Origin: Allosphingosinicella sp.
Lineage (GTDB): Bacteria; Pseudomonadota; Alphaproteobacteria; Sphingomonadales; Sphingomonadaceae
Reading direction: 5' to 3'
Assembly (NCBI GenBank): GCA_035714565.1
Contig: DASTLX010000040.1
Span: 14,306-78,305, forward strand
Length of the DNA stretch: 64,000 nucleotides
Part shown: positions 1 through 9,334 of the stretch, one piece after another
How positions within the stretch are numbered: the stretch's first letter is position 1
Layout of the letters: each line of letters starts with the position of its first letter
The notes under the pieces: generated by a model
Told to the model about the DNA's origin: nothing
The model's input: only the letters and a program-made list of their open reading frames with translations
Database searches by the model: none
Position numbers and translations under genes: made by a program

Positions 1-15
1 TCGAGGGAGAGCGGT

Positions 16-954
16 ATGCGTCTTGGCGGCTATCGGACCAGCGACAACGTTCGCGACCAGGGGCAGGGCGGCGGGGGCTTCGGCTTCGGCGGCGGCGGCG
101 GGGGCGGCGGCGGCGGCTGCCTGTTCGCGCTCCTGCCGATGATCCTCAGCCGCTTCGGCATCGGCGGAGTGCTCATCCTACTGCTCGGCTATTGCGCGCT
201 CAGCTATCTGGGCGGCGGCGGCGGGCTGGGCGTCGGCGGGCCGGGAGCGACGGTGGCGCCGCAGCAGCAAGGCTCGGGGGCCACGAACGACGCCGCGCAA
301 GCCTGCTCGAGCGCGCCCGCCAAGCGCTTCTCGTGCCAGGTCCTCGCCAGCACCGAGGACACCTGGACCCAGATCTTCGCCGCCAAGGGGCAGCGTTACC
401 AGCCCGCCGGCTTCGATTTCTACGGCGGCGGCGGGAGCTCGGGCTGCGGCGCCGCCCAGTCGGCCATGGGCCCCTTCTACTGCCCGACCGACAGCCGGAT
501 CTATCTCGACACGAGCTTCTTCGACGAGCTCCAGACCAAATTCGCCGCGGCCGGCGACTTCGCTCAGGCCTATGTCATCGCTCACGAGGTCGGGCACCAT
601 ATCCAGAACCTGACGGGCGTGCTGGAGCAGGCGTCCGCTCAGCAGCGGCGGGCGTCGAGCCGCGAGGGCAACGCCATCCAGGTCCGGGTCGAGCTCCAGG
701 CCGATTGCTATGCCGGAGTCTGGGCCGCCAATGCGAAGGACGCCCAGGGGCGGCTGATGGAGCCCGGCGACGTCGAGGAAGGGCTTCGCGCGGCCCAGGC
801 GATCGGCGACGATACGCTCCAGCGGCGGAGCCAGGGCCGGGTGGTTCCGGAAGCCTTCACCCACGGCAGCTCGGCCCAGCGCACGGCCTGGCTGAAGCGC
901 GGGCTGGACAGCGGCGATCCCGCGGCCTGCGATACCTTCTCGGGCGCGGTTTGA
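16..954 (+). CDS. Neutral zinc metallopeptidase (YpfJ-like), membrane anchored
   Basis: Gly-rich N-terminus, TM segment, GPFYCP motif, HEVGHH zinc motif, ELQADC and FTHG motifs. Confidence 0.9.
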   Translation: MRLGGYRTSDNVRDQGQGGGGFGFGGGGGGGGGGCLFALLPMILSRFGIGGVLILLLGYCALSYLGGGGGLGVGGPGATVAPQQQGSGATNDAAQACSSAPAKRFSCQVLASTEDTWTQIFAAKGQRYQPAGFDFYGGGGSSGCGAAQSAMGPFYCPTDSRIYLDTSFFDELQTKFAAAGDFAQAYVIAHEVGHHIQNLTGVLEQASAQQRRASSREGNAIQVRVELQADCYAGVWAANAKDAQGRLMEPGDVEEGLRAAQAIGDDTLQRRSQGRVVPEAFTHGSSAQRTAWLKRGLDSGDPAACDTFSGAV

Positions 955-957
955 CAT

Positions 958-1087
958 AAATCCTCCCCCGGATTTCCGGGGGAGGGGGACCAGGCGAAGC
1001 CTGGTGGAGGGGTACTTTCAGAACCCGCAGGACCCCTCCACCGCGCTTCGCGCGGTCCCCCTCCCCGAGAAATCTCGGGGAGGAATT
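958..1087. repeat. Palindromic intergenic repeat, family A (atcctcccc...ggggaggat ends)
   Basis: Nested inverted repeats; related copies at 14858, 16633, 22238 and a half copy at 63373. Confidence 0.85.
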
Positions 1088-1772
1088 ACGAGCGCAGGAA
1101 GTTCCTTATCCACTCCGCGACCAGCGCCCGGTCGTCGGGCCGCTCGAGCGAGGCGATGGCGGCGTCGGGGGCGGGGACCCGGGCTCGGCGGTGCTCGATC
1201 AGGGCCGCGGCGTAAGCGGGCTCGAATTCAGGGTGGAACTGCATCGAGATTGCGGGCGAGTCGGCATATTCGAGCATTCCGAAAGGGGTGAAGGCGTTGC
1301 CGGCCAGGACCCGGGCGCCCGGCGGCGGTATCGCGATCTGGTCCTGGTGCGAGACCGGGACGGCGATCCGGGCGGGCGGGGCCGGGCCCATCCAGGGCGC
1401 CCGCTCCCAGATCTCGTAATCCTGGAGGCCGATGCCCCAGCCGCGCTCCGATTTCTCGACCCGGCCGCCGAGCGCCTCGGCCATGGCCTGGTGGCCGAAG
1501 CAGATGCCGACCAGCTTCGTTCGCCCCTTCGCGGCGCGCAGGAAGGCGAGCAGCGGCGCGATCCAGGGCAGCGGCTCATAGACCCCCGCCGCGGAGCCGG
1601 TGACGAGGAAGGCGGGATGGGCGCCGGGGTCCGGAGGCAGTTCGCCGGACGCGACGTCGTAGCCGCGGAGGGCGAAGCCGGACCCGAGCAGATCGGCGAA
1701 CATGGCGTCGTAAGATCCGAAGCGCTCGAGCTCGGCCGGCGGCGCTCCGGTGCGGAGGATTCCGATCTCCAT
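1086..1772 (-). CDS. Type 1 glutamine amidotransferase
   Basis: GICFGHQ nucleophile Cys and QFHPE His-Glu. Confidence 0.9.
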   Translation of the reverse strand: MEIGILRTGAPPAELERFGSYDAMFADLLGSGFALRGYDVASGELPPDPGAHPAFLVTGSAAGVYEPLPWIAPLLAFLRAAKGRTKLVGICFGHQAMAEALGGRVEKSERGWGIGLQDYEIWERAPWMGPAPPARIAVPVSHQDQIAIPPPGARVLAGNAFTPFGMLEYADSPAISMQFHPEFEPAYAAALIEHRRARVPAPDAAIASLERPDDRALVAEWIRNFLRS

Positions 1773-1801
1773 GGGGCCTATGTAGCGGCTCGACCCCGGT
1801 T

Positions 1802-1887
1802 CGTCATGCCGGCGAAGGCTGGCATCCGGTGGGGAAGGGCGCGTCGCCGTTCACCGCCGCGCGGTCCCAGCCCGCGCTGGGACGACG
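1802..1887. repeat. REP-like doublet, family B (cgtc...gacg ends)
   Basis: cgtcatgccggcgaaggctggcat ... cccagcccgcgctgggacgacg; an extra half-site lies near 1927-1949. Confidence 0.7.
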
Positions 1888-1952
1888 GGCGGCAGGGGGG
1901 CGGAAGCCGCGCCCGCCACCCCTGCGGCCCCAGCCTCCGCCGGGCGACGTTC

Positions 1953-2129
1953 CTACCGGTCGCCCTTGTCGCCCTGGCCCGACTTGACCTTCGTATTGCT
2001 GTGCTGGCGCCGGTCCGCGGCGAGGCTCGCGCCGACGTCGACGACGTCCTTGAACTTGCCTTCGGCGTCGCGGCGCACGAAGCGCTTGTCGTTGCCCGTG
2101 TCGATCAGCTCGCGCTTGCGCTCGGCCAT
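1953..2129 (-). CDS. Small charged protein, 58 aa, missing from the ORF track
   Basis: Hand translation MAERKRELIDTGNDKRFVRRDAEGKFKDVVDVGASLAADRRQHSNTKVKSGQGDKGDR; GGGAGA SD upstream; GC-rich third positions. Confidence 0.8.
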   Translation of the reverse strand: MAERKRELIDTGNDKRFVRRDAEGKFKDVVDVGASLAADRRQHSNTKVKSGQGDKGDR

Positions 2130-2187
2130 GATTCATTCTCCCGAGTTGTTACGTCGGGGGAAGAATCCCTGAGAGTCGGGCTGGTTC

Positions 2188-2271
2188 CGTCGCCCGGCGG
2201 AGGCTGGCGCCCCGGGGGTGGAGAATTCGGCGACTGTTCTCGCTGGGGTCCAAGCCTGTGCCCGGACGACG
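2188..2271. repeat. REP-like doublet, family B
   Basis: cgtcgcccggcggaggctgg ... cccggacgacg directly after the rplQ stop. Confidence 0.65.
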
Positions 2272-2272
2272 A

Positions 2273-2695
2273 TTACGCGGCTTCCGCCTCATAATCGTCG
2301 CTCGTCACCGGGCCGGAATCCTGGCCCTTGGCGGAGACGTCGCGGTCGACCAGCTCGATGATCGCCATCGGAGCGGCGTCGGAGGCGCGGATGCCGGCCT
2401 TGATGACCCGGGTGTAGCCGCCCTCCCGGCCCTCGTAGCGGGGCGCGAGGACGTCGAACAGCTTCTGGAGCTGCCGGTCGTCGAGCAGCCGGGCATGGGC
2501 CAGTCGGCGGTTGGAGAGGCCGCCCTTCTTGGCGAGCGTGATCAGCTTCTCCGTATAGGGGCGAAGCTCCTTCGCCTTGGCGAGGGTGGTGGTGATCTGC
2601 TCGTGCTTGATCAGGGCGGCGGCCATGTTGCGGAACAAGGCGGCGCGGTGGCTCGAGGTGCGCTGCAGCTTGCGGCCGGCGTTGCGGTGACGCAT
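2273..2695 (-). CDS. rplQ: 50S ribosomal protein L17
   Basis: [17 protein letters not shown]..., [23 protein letters not shown]; start moved to ATG at 2695. Confidence 0.98.
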   Translation of the reverse strand: MRHRNAGRKLQRTSSHRAALFRNMAAALIKHEQITTTLAKAKELRPYTEKLITLAKKGGLSNRRLAHARLLDDRQLQKLFDVLAPRYEGREGGYTRVIKAGIRASDAAPMAIIELVDRDVSAKGQDSGPVTSDDYEAEAA

Positions 2696-2714
2696 GTCTT
2701 CATCCTTCGTTCGT

Positions 2715-2767
2715 CCGGAAACCGTGTCAGGTATTTCCGGCCGGGCGGTCGAAAGGGGAGACCGCCC
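2715..2767 (-). promoter_or_regulatory. Candidate structured L17 mRNA leader
   Basis: Hairpin ccggaaa-tacctgacacgg-tttccgg (2715-2740) 20 nt before the start, preceded by a second hairpin (2743-2767). Confidence 0.55.
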
Positions 2768-2939
2768 AAATCCCAAAATGCGACGGCGGAGCCCCGAGGG
2801 CCCCGCCTGCGGGGGTTCCTCAAGCCGAGACGAGGCGTAAAGTCAAGGCCGCAGGCGTAGGCGGACCGATTCGTTCGGCCGCAAGTTGAAGGCAAGGGCG
2901 CCCGCGCCGCCGGCGCGGGCCACGGACCTGGAGGCGGCG

Positions 2940-3428
2940 ATGCGAATCATCTTCCTGGCGGCGGCGGCCATCGGCATGGCGGCGATCGGAACGGCGGCGG
3001 AGGCTCGGCCGGGGGCCGCGGGCTCCGGCCACGGCTCCGGTCCGGCGGGCGCCTGGTCCGGCGGCCATCGCGGCGGCCAGGTCCGCCACAGCTGCTTCGG
3101 GTGCAGCGCCGCCGACGGGGATCGCCGGCCGGGCCGCGGGCACGGCCGCCACGGCCGGGACAGCCGGCACGGCTTTCTCCTTTATGGCGGGGCCGGGATC
3201 GCGGTCGGGACGGCCGATCCCTACGGCAACGGCTTCTTCACCGGCGGCGGCGGGCGCATCCGGCTCCGCGGCGGGCGCCCCTATTTCGATTACGATCGGG
3301 CCTATCCCTACGAATGGGCCTCCGCCGCCGGCGGCCGCCGCGAATGGGCGGCCGAGGAGGAGCGCCCCACCGAGCCGCGCGAGCGCTGCACGTTGGAGAA
3401 CGGAGTGAGGGTCTGCCGCGGCTGGTGA
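2940..3428 (+). CDS. Hypothetical secreted Gly/His-rich protein
   Basis: GGAGG SD, signal peptide MRIIFLAAAAIGMAAIGTAAEA, YDYDRAYPY-type motif. Confidence 0.7.
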   Translation: MRIIFLAAAAIGMAAIGTAAEARPGAAGSGHGSGPAGAWSGGHRGGQVRHSCFGCSAADGDRRPGRGHGRHGRDSRHGFLLYGGAGIAVGTADPYGNGFFTGGGGRIRLRGGRPYFDYDRAYPYEWASAAGGRREWAAEEERPTEPRERCTLENGVRVCRGW

Positions 3429-3618
3429 GACGGCATGATTCGATGGCGGATCGAACCAAATCGAGTGCGGCGGATCGGCTTTCCGGGACCTTGAACTCCG
3501 AGCCGCGATCCAATCTCCTGCGTGCCGGATTTCAGCGGCGTGACGGCGCTCACGCTCAGGTTCGAGCGCGCGCCCTATAGCCAGGGCGAGGGGGCAGTCT
3601 CGCCGAGAGGAAAAAATC

Positions 3619-4032
3619 ATGAAGCTCCAATATGCCTGCGCCGCCGCACTGATTGCGATCCTGGGGAGCGCCGCGCAGGCGCAAAGGCCGGTAGCGCGCA
3701 GCGTCGCGCCATCCCCCGAGACGGGCTTCGCCGTCGGGATCAACATGCCTTTGACGAACGACGACATCGCCAAGAATCCTCAACGGCGGACGATCATCGT
3801 TATCGCCTATTGCAACGCGACGAGCGCGCCGAAGGATCTCGAGGGTTGGGTCGGCAAGAACAATCCGGCGACGGTCCAGGATGCGGTGGCATCATTATCC
3901 GGTTCCGGCCGCCAGACGATCACGTTCGTCGTGCCGTGGCGCTGGCATTACTACATCAACGTCGCACAGCAGCCCGGCGGCGGCATCCCGCCCGGCGGCT
4001 CGTGCAAGGCGACGGCCTGGTGGGTGGTATGA
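3619..4032 (+). CDS. Hypothetical secreted protein
   Basis: GAGAGG SD, signal peptide ending AQA, two Cys in the mature part. Confidence 0.7.
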   Translation: MKLQYACAAALIAILGSAAQAQRPVARSVAPSPETGFAVGINMPLTNDDIAKNPQRRTIIVIAYCNATSAPKDLEGWVGKNNPATVQDAVASLSGSGRQTITFVVPWRWHYYINVAQQPGGGIPPGGSCKATAWWVV

Positions 4033-4063
4033 GCAACGGGTAGCCCGACATCGGCCGCCCGGT

Positions 4064-5239
4064 TCAGAGCGCCTCGACGATCGTCACGTTGGCCAATCCG
4101 CCGCCCTCGCACATGGTCTGGAGGCCGTAGCGCTTGCCCTTCGCCCTGAGGGCGTGGACGAGGGTGGTCATGAGCTTGGTGCCGGAGGCTCCGAGCGGGT
4201 GGCCGAGGGCGATGGCGCCGCCGTTGACGTTGAGGCGGTCGGGGTCGGCGCCGATCTCGCGCAGCCAGGCGAGGGGGACCGGGGCGAAGGCTTCGTTGAC
4301 CTCGTAGAGGTCGATGTCGGCGATGTTCATGCCGCTGCGGTCAAGGGCCCGGCGGGTGGCGGGGATCACCTCCTCGAGCATGATGACCGGATCGCCGCCG
4401 GTCACCGTCAGGTTGACGATTCGGGCGAGCGGCGTGAGGTTGTGCTCCTTGAGGGCGCGCTCGGAAACCACCATCACGCCGCTGGCCCCGTCGCAGATCT
4501 GCGAGGCGTTGGCGGCGCTGATCTTGCCGCCCTCCTTGATCAGCTTGACCGACGCTATGCCCGCCAGGGTCGCGTCGTAGCGTATGCCCTCGTCCTTCGT
4601 GTGGAGGGACTCGTTGCCCTCCGCGTCGACGATCTCGAGAGGCACGATCTCGTCGTCGAAGGCGCCGGCCTCGGTGGCGCGGGCGGCCTTGCGGTGGCTG
4701 TCGAGGGCGAAGGAGTCGAGCTCCTCCCTCCGGAACTGGTACTTCTCGGCGATCATCTCGGCGCCGGTGAACTGGCTGAACATCGGCACCCCGAACCGGT
4801 CCTGGATCCGCTTCGAGAAAGGGCCGGTGCCGATCCCGTGCTGCATCGGCAGGGTTACGGGCAAGCCCATCGGCACCCGGGTCATGGATTCGACGCCGGC
4901 GGCGATGACGACGTCCTGGGTTCCGCTCATCACCGCCTGGGCGGCGAACTGGACGGCCTGCTGCGAGGAGCCGCACTGGCGGTCGATGGTGACCGCGGGG
5001 ACCGAGGTCGGAAGCGACGAGGCGAGGACGGCGTTGCGGCCGACGTGGAAGGCCTGCTCGCCGGCCTGGCCGACGCAGCCCATGATCACGTCCTCGACCA
5101 GGGCGGGATCGAGGCCGGAGCGCTGGATGAGCGCGTCGAGCACCTCGGCGGCCATGTCGGCCGGGTGCCAGTCCCTGAGGGCGCCGCCGCGGCGGCCGCC
5201 GGCGGTCCGGGCGGCGGCGACGATATAGGCTTCGGGCAT
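4064..5239 (-). CDS. Acetyl-CoA C-acyltransferase (thiolase)
   Basis: RQCGSSQ catalytic Cys, NEAF, GHPLGASG, MCEGGG; start MPEAYIV. Confidence 0.95.
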   Translation of the reverse strand: MPEAYIVAAARTAGGRRGGALRDWHPADMAAEVLDALIQRSGLDPALVEDVIMGCVGQAGEQAFHVGRNAVLASSLPTSVPAVTIDRQCGSSQQAVQFAAQAVMSGTQDVVIAAGVESMTRVPMGLPVTLPMQHGIGTGPFSKRIQDRFGVPMFSQFTGAEMIAEKYQFRREELDSFALDSHRKAARATEAGAFDDEIVPLEIVDAEGNESLHTKDEGIRYDATLAGIASVKLIKEGGKISAANASQICDGASGVMVVSERALKEHNLTPLARIVNLTVTGGDPVIMLEEVIPATRRALDRSGMNIADIDLYEVNEAFAPVPLAWLREIGADPDRLNVNGGAIALGHPLGASGTKLMTTLVHALRAKGKRYGLQTMCEGGGLANVTIVEAL

Positions 5240-5375
5240 TCGAGGGGCTCCTTCGGTTCGGCCCGATGTAGGGGGGGCGGGTAGGGGGGCGCAAGCGGTC
5301 GTCATCCCGGCTTTCGCCGGAATGACCGACCGTAATTCACTGGTGAACCCGGACGCCCCGCGATATGGGTCCGAA

Positions 5376-5612
5376 ATGGCTCCAAATCCCTTCACCCGGC
5401 ACCCCCAGGAAGTGGGCGAGACCTATCCCCAGCATTTCGGGATGGCGGCCCGCTTCGGCCTCCGGATGATCGTCGGCGGGCTCGCCTGCTTCGTCCATGC
5501 CGTGTTCCCGTTCCTGTGCGAGCGGACCGGGAGCGAGACGGTGAAGGCGCTCAACGCGAAGCTGGGCAAGAGGGCCGACAAGCCCAATTGGGAGCGGCAC
5601 CCGATCATCTGA
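5376..5612 (+). CDS. Small membrane protein, DUF6356-like
   Basis: FTRHPQEVGETY..H and HAVFPFL motifs. Confidence 0.75.
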   Translation: MAPNPFTRHPQEVGETYPQHFGMAARFGLRMIVGGLACFVHAVFPFLCERTGSETVKALNAKLGKRADKPNWERHPII

Positions 5613-5733
5613 CGCGGCCTTCCTTTACCTCCGTTCCGGTCCGTCCGAACTTGTTTCGGGGTTCGGCCCGACATAGTCTGCGCGGGTGGGAAGGGATGCC
5701 GAAGCACGCTCGGCATGACGGGAGGGGGCTCCT

Positions 5734-6162
5734 ATGCATGAGACCTGGCTCATCGCCGCCCAGGCGATCGCCTTCATCGGCTGGGCGGCCCTGTTCGCCC
5801 TGCCCTGGGTGGGACGCCGTCGCGCCGTCCTGGTCGCGCGATGGTCGGCGGTGCCGCTGGCCCTGCTCTACCTCGCTTTCTTCCTTCCCAACCTGCCGGC
5901 GATCCCAAGGGACGGCGGCTACACCCTGGCCGCGCTCGGGCGCGCTTTCGAGACCCCGGCCCTGCTGCTGGCGGGGTGGATCCACTATCTGGTCCTCGAC
6001 CTGTGGGTGGGAAGCTGGGAGGCCGAGCATTCGGAGCAGGCCGGCCTTCCGCACGCATTGCTGGCGCTCTGCCTGTTCGCGACGATGATGGTCGGGCCGC
6101 TTGGGCTTCTCCTCTATCTCGGAATCGCCGCACTTCGGCGGAAGCCCGTTTTGCCGGCGTAG
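5734..6162 (+). CDS. ABA4-like / DUF4281 membrane protein
   Basis: Four hydrophobic segments, GWIHYLVLDLWVG, GPLGLLLY. Confidence 0.85.
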   Translation: MHETWLIAAQAIAFIGWAALFALPWVGRRRAVLVARWSAVPLALLYLAFFLPNLPAIPRDGGYTLAALGRAFETPALLLAGWIHYLVLDLWVGSWEAEHSEQAGLPHALLALCLFATMMVGPLGLLLYLGIAALRRKPVLPA

Positions 6163-6231
6163 GCGGGAACCTCGAGGAGGCCCGCCGAGACCTTTCGTCC
6201 CGAGGTCCCGGCTTTTCGCCGGGATGACGGG
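6145..6231. repeat. REP-like doublet, family B; near reverse complement of 13624-13709
   Basis: Shared arms and spacer; overlaps the stop codon of the upstream gene. Confidence 0.8.
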
Positions 6232-6383
6232 GTCGTCCGGATGCGGACAAGGACTGTCCGGCAGCGGACATGAAAATGCTGTTCATCGACCCGCCCCGAC
6301 GGTTCGTCGCTAGGCCATAGGCAGTTGCCGATGGCTCGCTTCTTGCAAACGATGACGCTTGTAATCGTTGAAGGGGAATTCGG

Positions 6384-8444
6384 GTGGCGGGCAAGTTGCG
6401 TTGGACGGGGTTGGCGGCGGCGGCTTTGCTGTGCGGGGCGGCGGCGCCGGCCTGGGCCGACCAGGCGCCGGGAGCGGACGGCCGGACCGTCTACCAAGCG
6501 ACCTATTTCGCCCAGTTCGCGCCTTCGAACGCCCTCCAGATCGTCCAGCGCGTGCCGGGCTTCACGCTCGAGCTCGGCAACCAGGAGGTGCGCGGCTTCG
6601 GCCAGGCCGCCGGCAACGTCGTCATCAACGGCCAGCGGCCGAGCTCGAAGAGCGACACGCTCGAGACCATCCTGGCGCGGATCCCGGCCAGCCGGGTGGC
6701 CCGGATCGAGGTCGGGCCGGGCGACCTGTTCGGCTCCGAATTCGCCGGCAAGCCGCAGGTCGTCAACGTCGTCACCACCGCGGCGGGCGGCCTCGCGGGG
6801 ACCGTCAACGGGACGCTGAGGCGGACTTATACGGGGCGGGTCGAGCCCGACGTCATCGCCTCGGCCCTGCTCCGGCGCGGCCGGTCCAGCTTCAACGCTT
6901 CGGCCGGCTACCAGGCCTTTCCGACCACCGAGGAAGGGTTCGACCGGATCACCGAGCTTCCGAGCGGCAAGCTCAAGGAATATCGCGAGAAGGTGAACCG
7001 GATCTCCGACCGCACCCTCTTCGTCTCGGGCGCGTGGGAGCATAATGCGGGCGCCAACCGCACCGCCCATCTCAACTTCCGAGCCTCGCAGAACTGGTTC
7101 GACCTCGGGCAGACCAACCATGTCTTCCCGGTCGGCGGTACGATCCGCGACGACCGGCTGACCCAGGACTACAGCCGGCGCGATTATGAGCTGGGCGGCG
7201 ACGTCACCCGGCCGCTCTGGGGCGGCGGGCTCAAGCTGGTCGGGCTCGCCACCCGGAGGCACCGGGTCAATGTCGACACCTCCCTGAACCGGGTCGAGGG
7301 CGAGGTGACCGGCGGCTTCATCCAGGACCTCGACAATCTTCGCGACGAAAGGGTGCTGCGGCTGGTCTGGAACCGCTCCGACCTCGGCGGCTGGAGCGTC
7401 GAGGCCGGCGCCGAGGGGGTGCTCAACAAGCTCGACAGCGACGTCAACTTCTTCAAGCTCAACCCCGGCGGCGGGCAGACCCGGATCGACCTTCCGGTCG
7501 ACCAGGCGGTGGTGAAGGAATATCGCGGCGAGGCCTTCGTCAATGCCGGCACGGCCCTGTCGAAGACCCTTCGCCTCGACCTCGGAGTCACCTACGAGGC
7601 GTCGCGGCTCACCGTGAGCGGCGACGCCGAGGCCGAGCGGGTGCTCAAGTTCGTCAAGCCCAAGGCCAGCCTGGACTATCGCGACAAGAGCGGCTGGCAC
7701 GCCCAGCTCTCGGTCGCCCGGACCGTCGCCCAGCTCAACTTCGACGACTTCATCAGCACCGCCGAGCTGACCAACGACCGCGTCAACGGCGGCAATGCCG
7801 ATCTCGTGCCGCAGCGGGCCTGGGAGATATTGGCGACCCTCGAGCAGCCGATCCTCGGCGACGGCGTGGTCAAGGTCCAGGCGGGCTACAACCGGATCTC
7901 GCTGGTCCAGGACCGGATCCCCACTCCCGAAGGCTTCGACGCCCCCGGCAATCTCGGAAGCGGGCGGATGCTGATCCTCAAGAGCACGATCGACGCTCCG
8001 CTGGCCAGGCTCGGCATCAAGGGCGGCCGGCTGACCGTCAACTCGTCGCTGATCGAGACCTCGGTCGAGGACCCCTATACCTTGCGCAAGCGCCAGTTTT
8101 CCGGATTCAACAAGTTCGCCGCCGACGCCAGCTTCCGCCAGGACCTCGGCAAATGGGCCTATGGGGCGACCTTCTTCTACAACGAGCCGACCTACTTCTT
8201 CCGACTGGACGAGATCGACCGCCCGTTCAGCGACAACCCCTACGTCACCGCGTTCGTCGAATACCGGCCGGGCCCGAAGACGACCATCACCTTCAGCCTC
8301 GACAACGCGCTCAACTCCGCCGCCTTCCGCGACCGCACCTTCTTCACCCCCGACCGGCGCACGCCCTTCCCGGACGAGTTCGAGCTGAGGCACCGCAACA
8401 AGCACGTCATCCCGGCGATCGGGCTGAAGCACAGCTTCGGCTGA
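6384..8444 (+). CDS. TonB-dependent receptor-like outer membrane beta-barrel
   Basis: Signal peptide, plug-like RVPGF...NVVINGQR, amphipathic strands, near-terminal Phe. Confidence 0.85.
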   Translation: MAGKLRWTGLAAAALLCGAAAPAWADQAPGADGRTVYQATYFAQFAPSNALQIVQRVPGFTLELGNQEVRGFGQAAGNVVINGQRPSSKSDTLETILARIPASRVARIEVGPGDLFGSEFAGKPQVVNVVTTAAGGLAGTVNGTLRRTYTGRVEPDVIASALLRRGRSSFNASAGYQAFPTTEEGFDRITELPSGKLKEYREKVNRISDRTLFVSGAWEHNAGANRTAHLNFRASQNWFDLGQTNHVFPVGGTIRDDRLTQDYSRRDYELGGDVTRPLWGGGLKLVGLATRRHRVNVDTSLNRVEGEVTGGFIQDLDNLRDERVLRLVWNRSDLGGWSVEAGAEGVLNKLDSDVNFFKLNPGGGQTRIDLPVDQAVVKEYRGEAFVNAGTALSKTLRLDLGVTYEASRLTVSGDAEAERVLKFVKPKASLDYRDKSGWHAQLSVARTVAQLNFDDFISTAELTNDRVNGGNADLVPQRAWEILATLEQPILGDGVVKVQAGYNRISLVQDRIPTPEGFDAPGNLGSGRMLILKSTIDAPLARLGIKGGRLTVNSSLIETSVEDPYTLRKRQFSGFNKFAADASFRQDLGKWAYGATFFYNEPTYFFRLDEIDRPFSDNPYVTAFVEYRPGPKTTITFSLDNALNSAAFRDRTFFTPDRRTPFPDEFELRHRNKHVIPAIGLKHSFG

Positions 8445-8450
8445 AGCCGG

Positions 8451-9224
8451 TTAGCCCCAGGCGATGAAGGGTGGGTTGAGGAAGCGGTCGGCGATCTTGC
8501 CGTAGGCGAGCGGGCCGGTCTCGCGGCCTTCTTCGTCCAGCGCCATCACCCGCCCGCCCGCGGCCTCGAGTATGGCCTGGCCGGCGGCGGTGTCCCATTC
8601 GGCCGTGGTGCCGTGGCGCGGATAGACGTCGGCCGTCCCCTCGGCGACGAGGCAGAATTTGAGGGAGGAGCTTGAAGGGACGAAATCGGCGATCCCCAGA
8701 TGCGCGCCTTTCTCGGCGGTGCCGTGCGAGGCGTGGCTCCGGCTGCCGACCGCGGTCAGGCCCGAGGCGGGACGCGGGCGCGGCCGGATCGGCTCGGCGG
8801 CGCCGCCGTCGCGCGCCCGGAAGGCGCCCTGGCCGCGGGCGCCGTAATAGAGGAGCCTGGAATCGGGCGCGTAGATCACGCCCGCGACCGGGCTTCCGGC
8901 CTCGATCAGCGCGATATTCACGGTGAACTCGCCGTTGCGATCGACGAATCCACGGGTTCCGTCGAGCGGGTCGACGCAGAAGAATCGGCTGCCGACGTCC
9001 GGTATTCGCCCGGCGGAGGCCTCCTCCTCGGCGAGCACGGGGATGTCCGGATAGGCGGCGCCGAGGCGATCGAGGATGATCGCCTCCGCATTGCGGTCGG
9101 CGACGGTGACCGGAGAGCCGTCCGACTTCTCCTCCGTCTCGCAGCCCTCGGCGTAGATGCGCTCGATCTCGGCTCCGGCGGCGAGCGCGGCTTCGATCAG
9201 GATGGGGAGGAGATTGGGGATCAT
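8451..9224 (-). CDS. cysQ: 3'(2'),5'-bisphosphate nucleotidase
   Basis: SPVTVAD, VDPLDGT, SSLKFC, EWDTAAG. Confidence 0.92.
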   Translation of the reverse strand: MIPNLLPILIEAALAAGAEIERIYAEGCETEEKSDGSPVTVADRNAEAIILDRLGAAYPDIPVLAEEEASAGRIPDVGSRFFCVDPLDGTRGFVDRNGEFTVNIALIEAGSPVAGVIYAPDSRLLYYGARGQGAFRARDGGAAEPIRPRPRPASGLTAVGSRSHASHGTAEKGAHLGIADFVPSSSSLKFCLVAEGTADVYPRHGTTAEWDTAAGQAILEAAGGRVMALDEEGRETGPLAYGKIADRFLNPPFIAWG

Positions 9225-9226
9225 CA

Positions 9227-9313
9227 CGTCGCCCCAGCCAAGGCTGGGCCCCAGGGGGTGAAAGGCGCCGGCGGTCTTCACCCGCCGGGGCCCCGGCCTG
9301 CGCCGGGGCGACG
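9227..9313. repeat. REP-like doublet, family B; near reverse complement of 23020-23105
   Basis: Shared arms and shared spacer cggcgggtgaag..cgccggcgcc. Confidence 0.8.
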
Positions 9314-9334
9314 CCGGATGGAGCACGGCCTTCC

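Noticed and set aside
61..120. (GGC)n run as a contingency repeat
   Set aside because: It encodes the poly-Gly linker common in this peptidase family and stays in frame.
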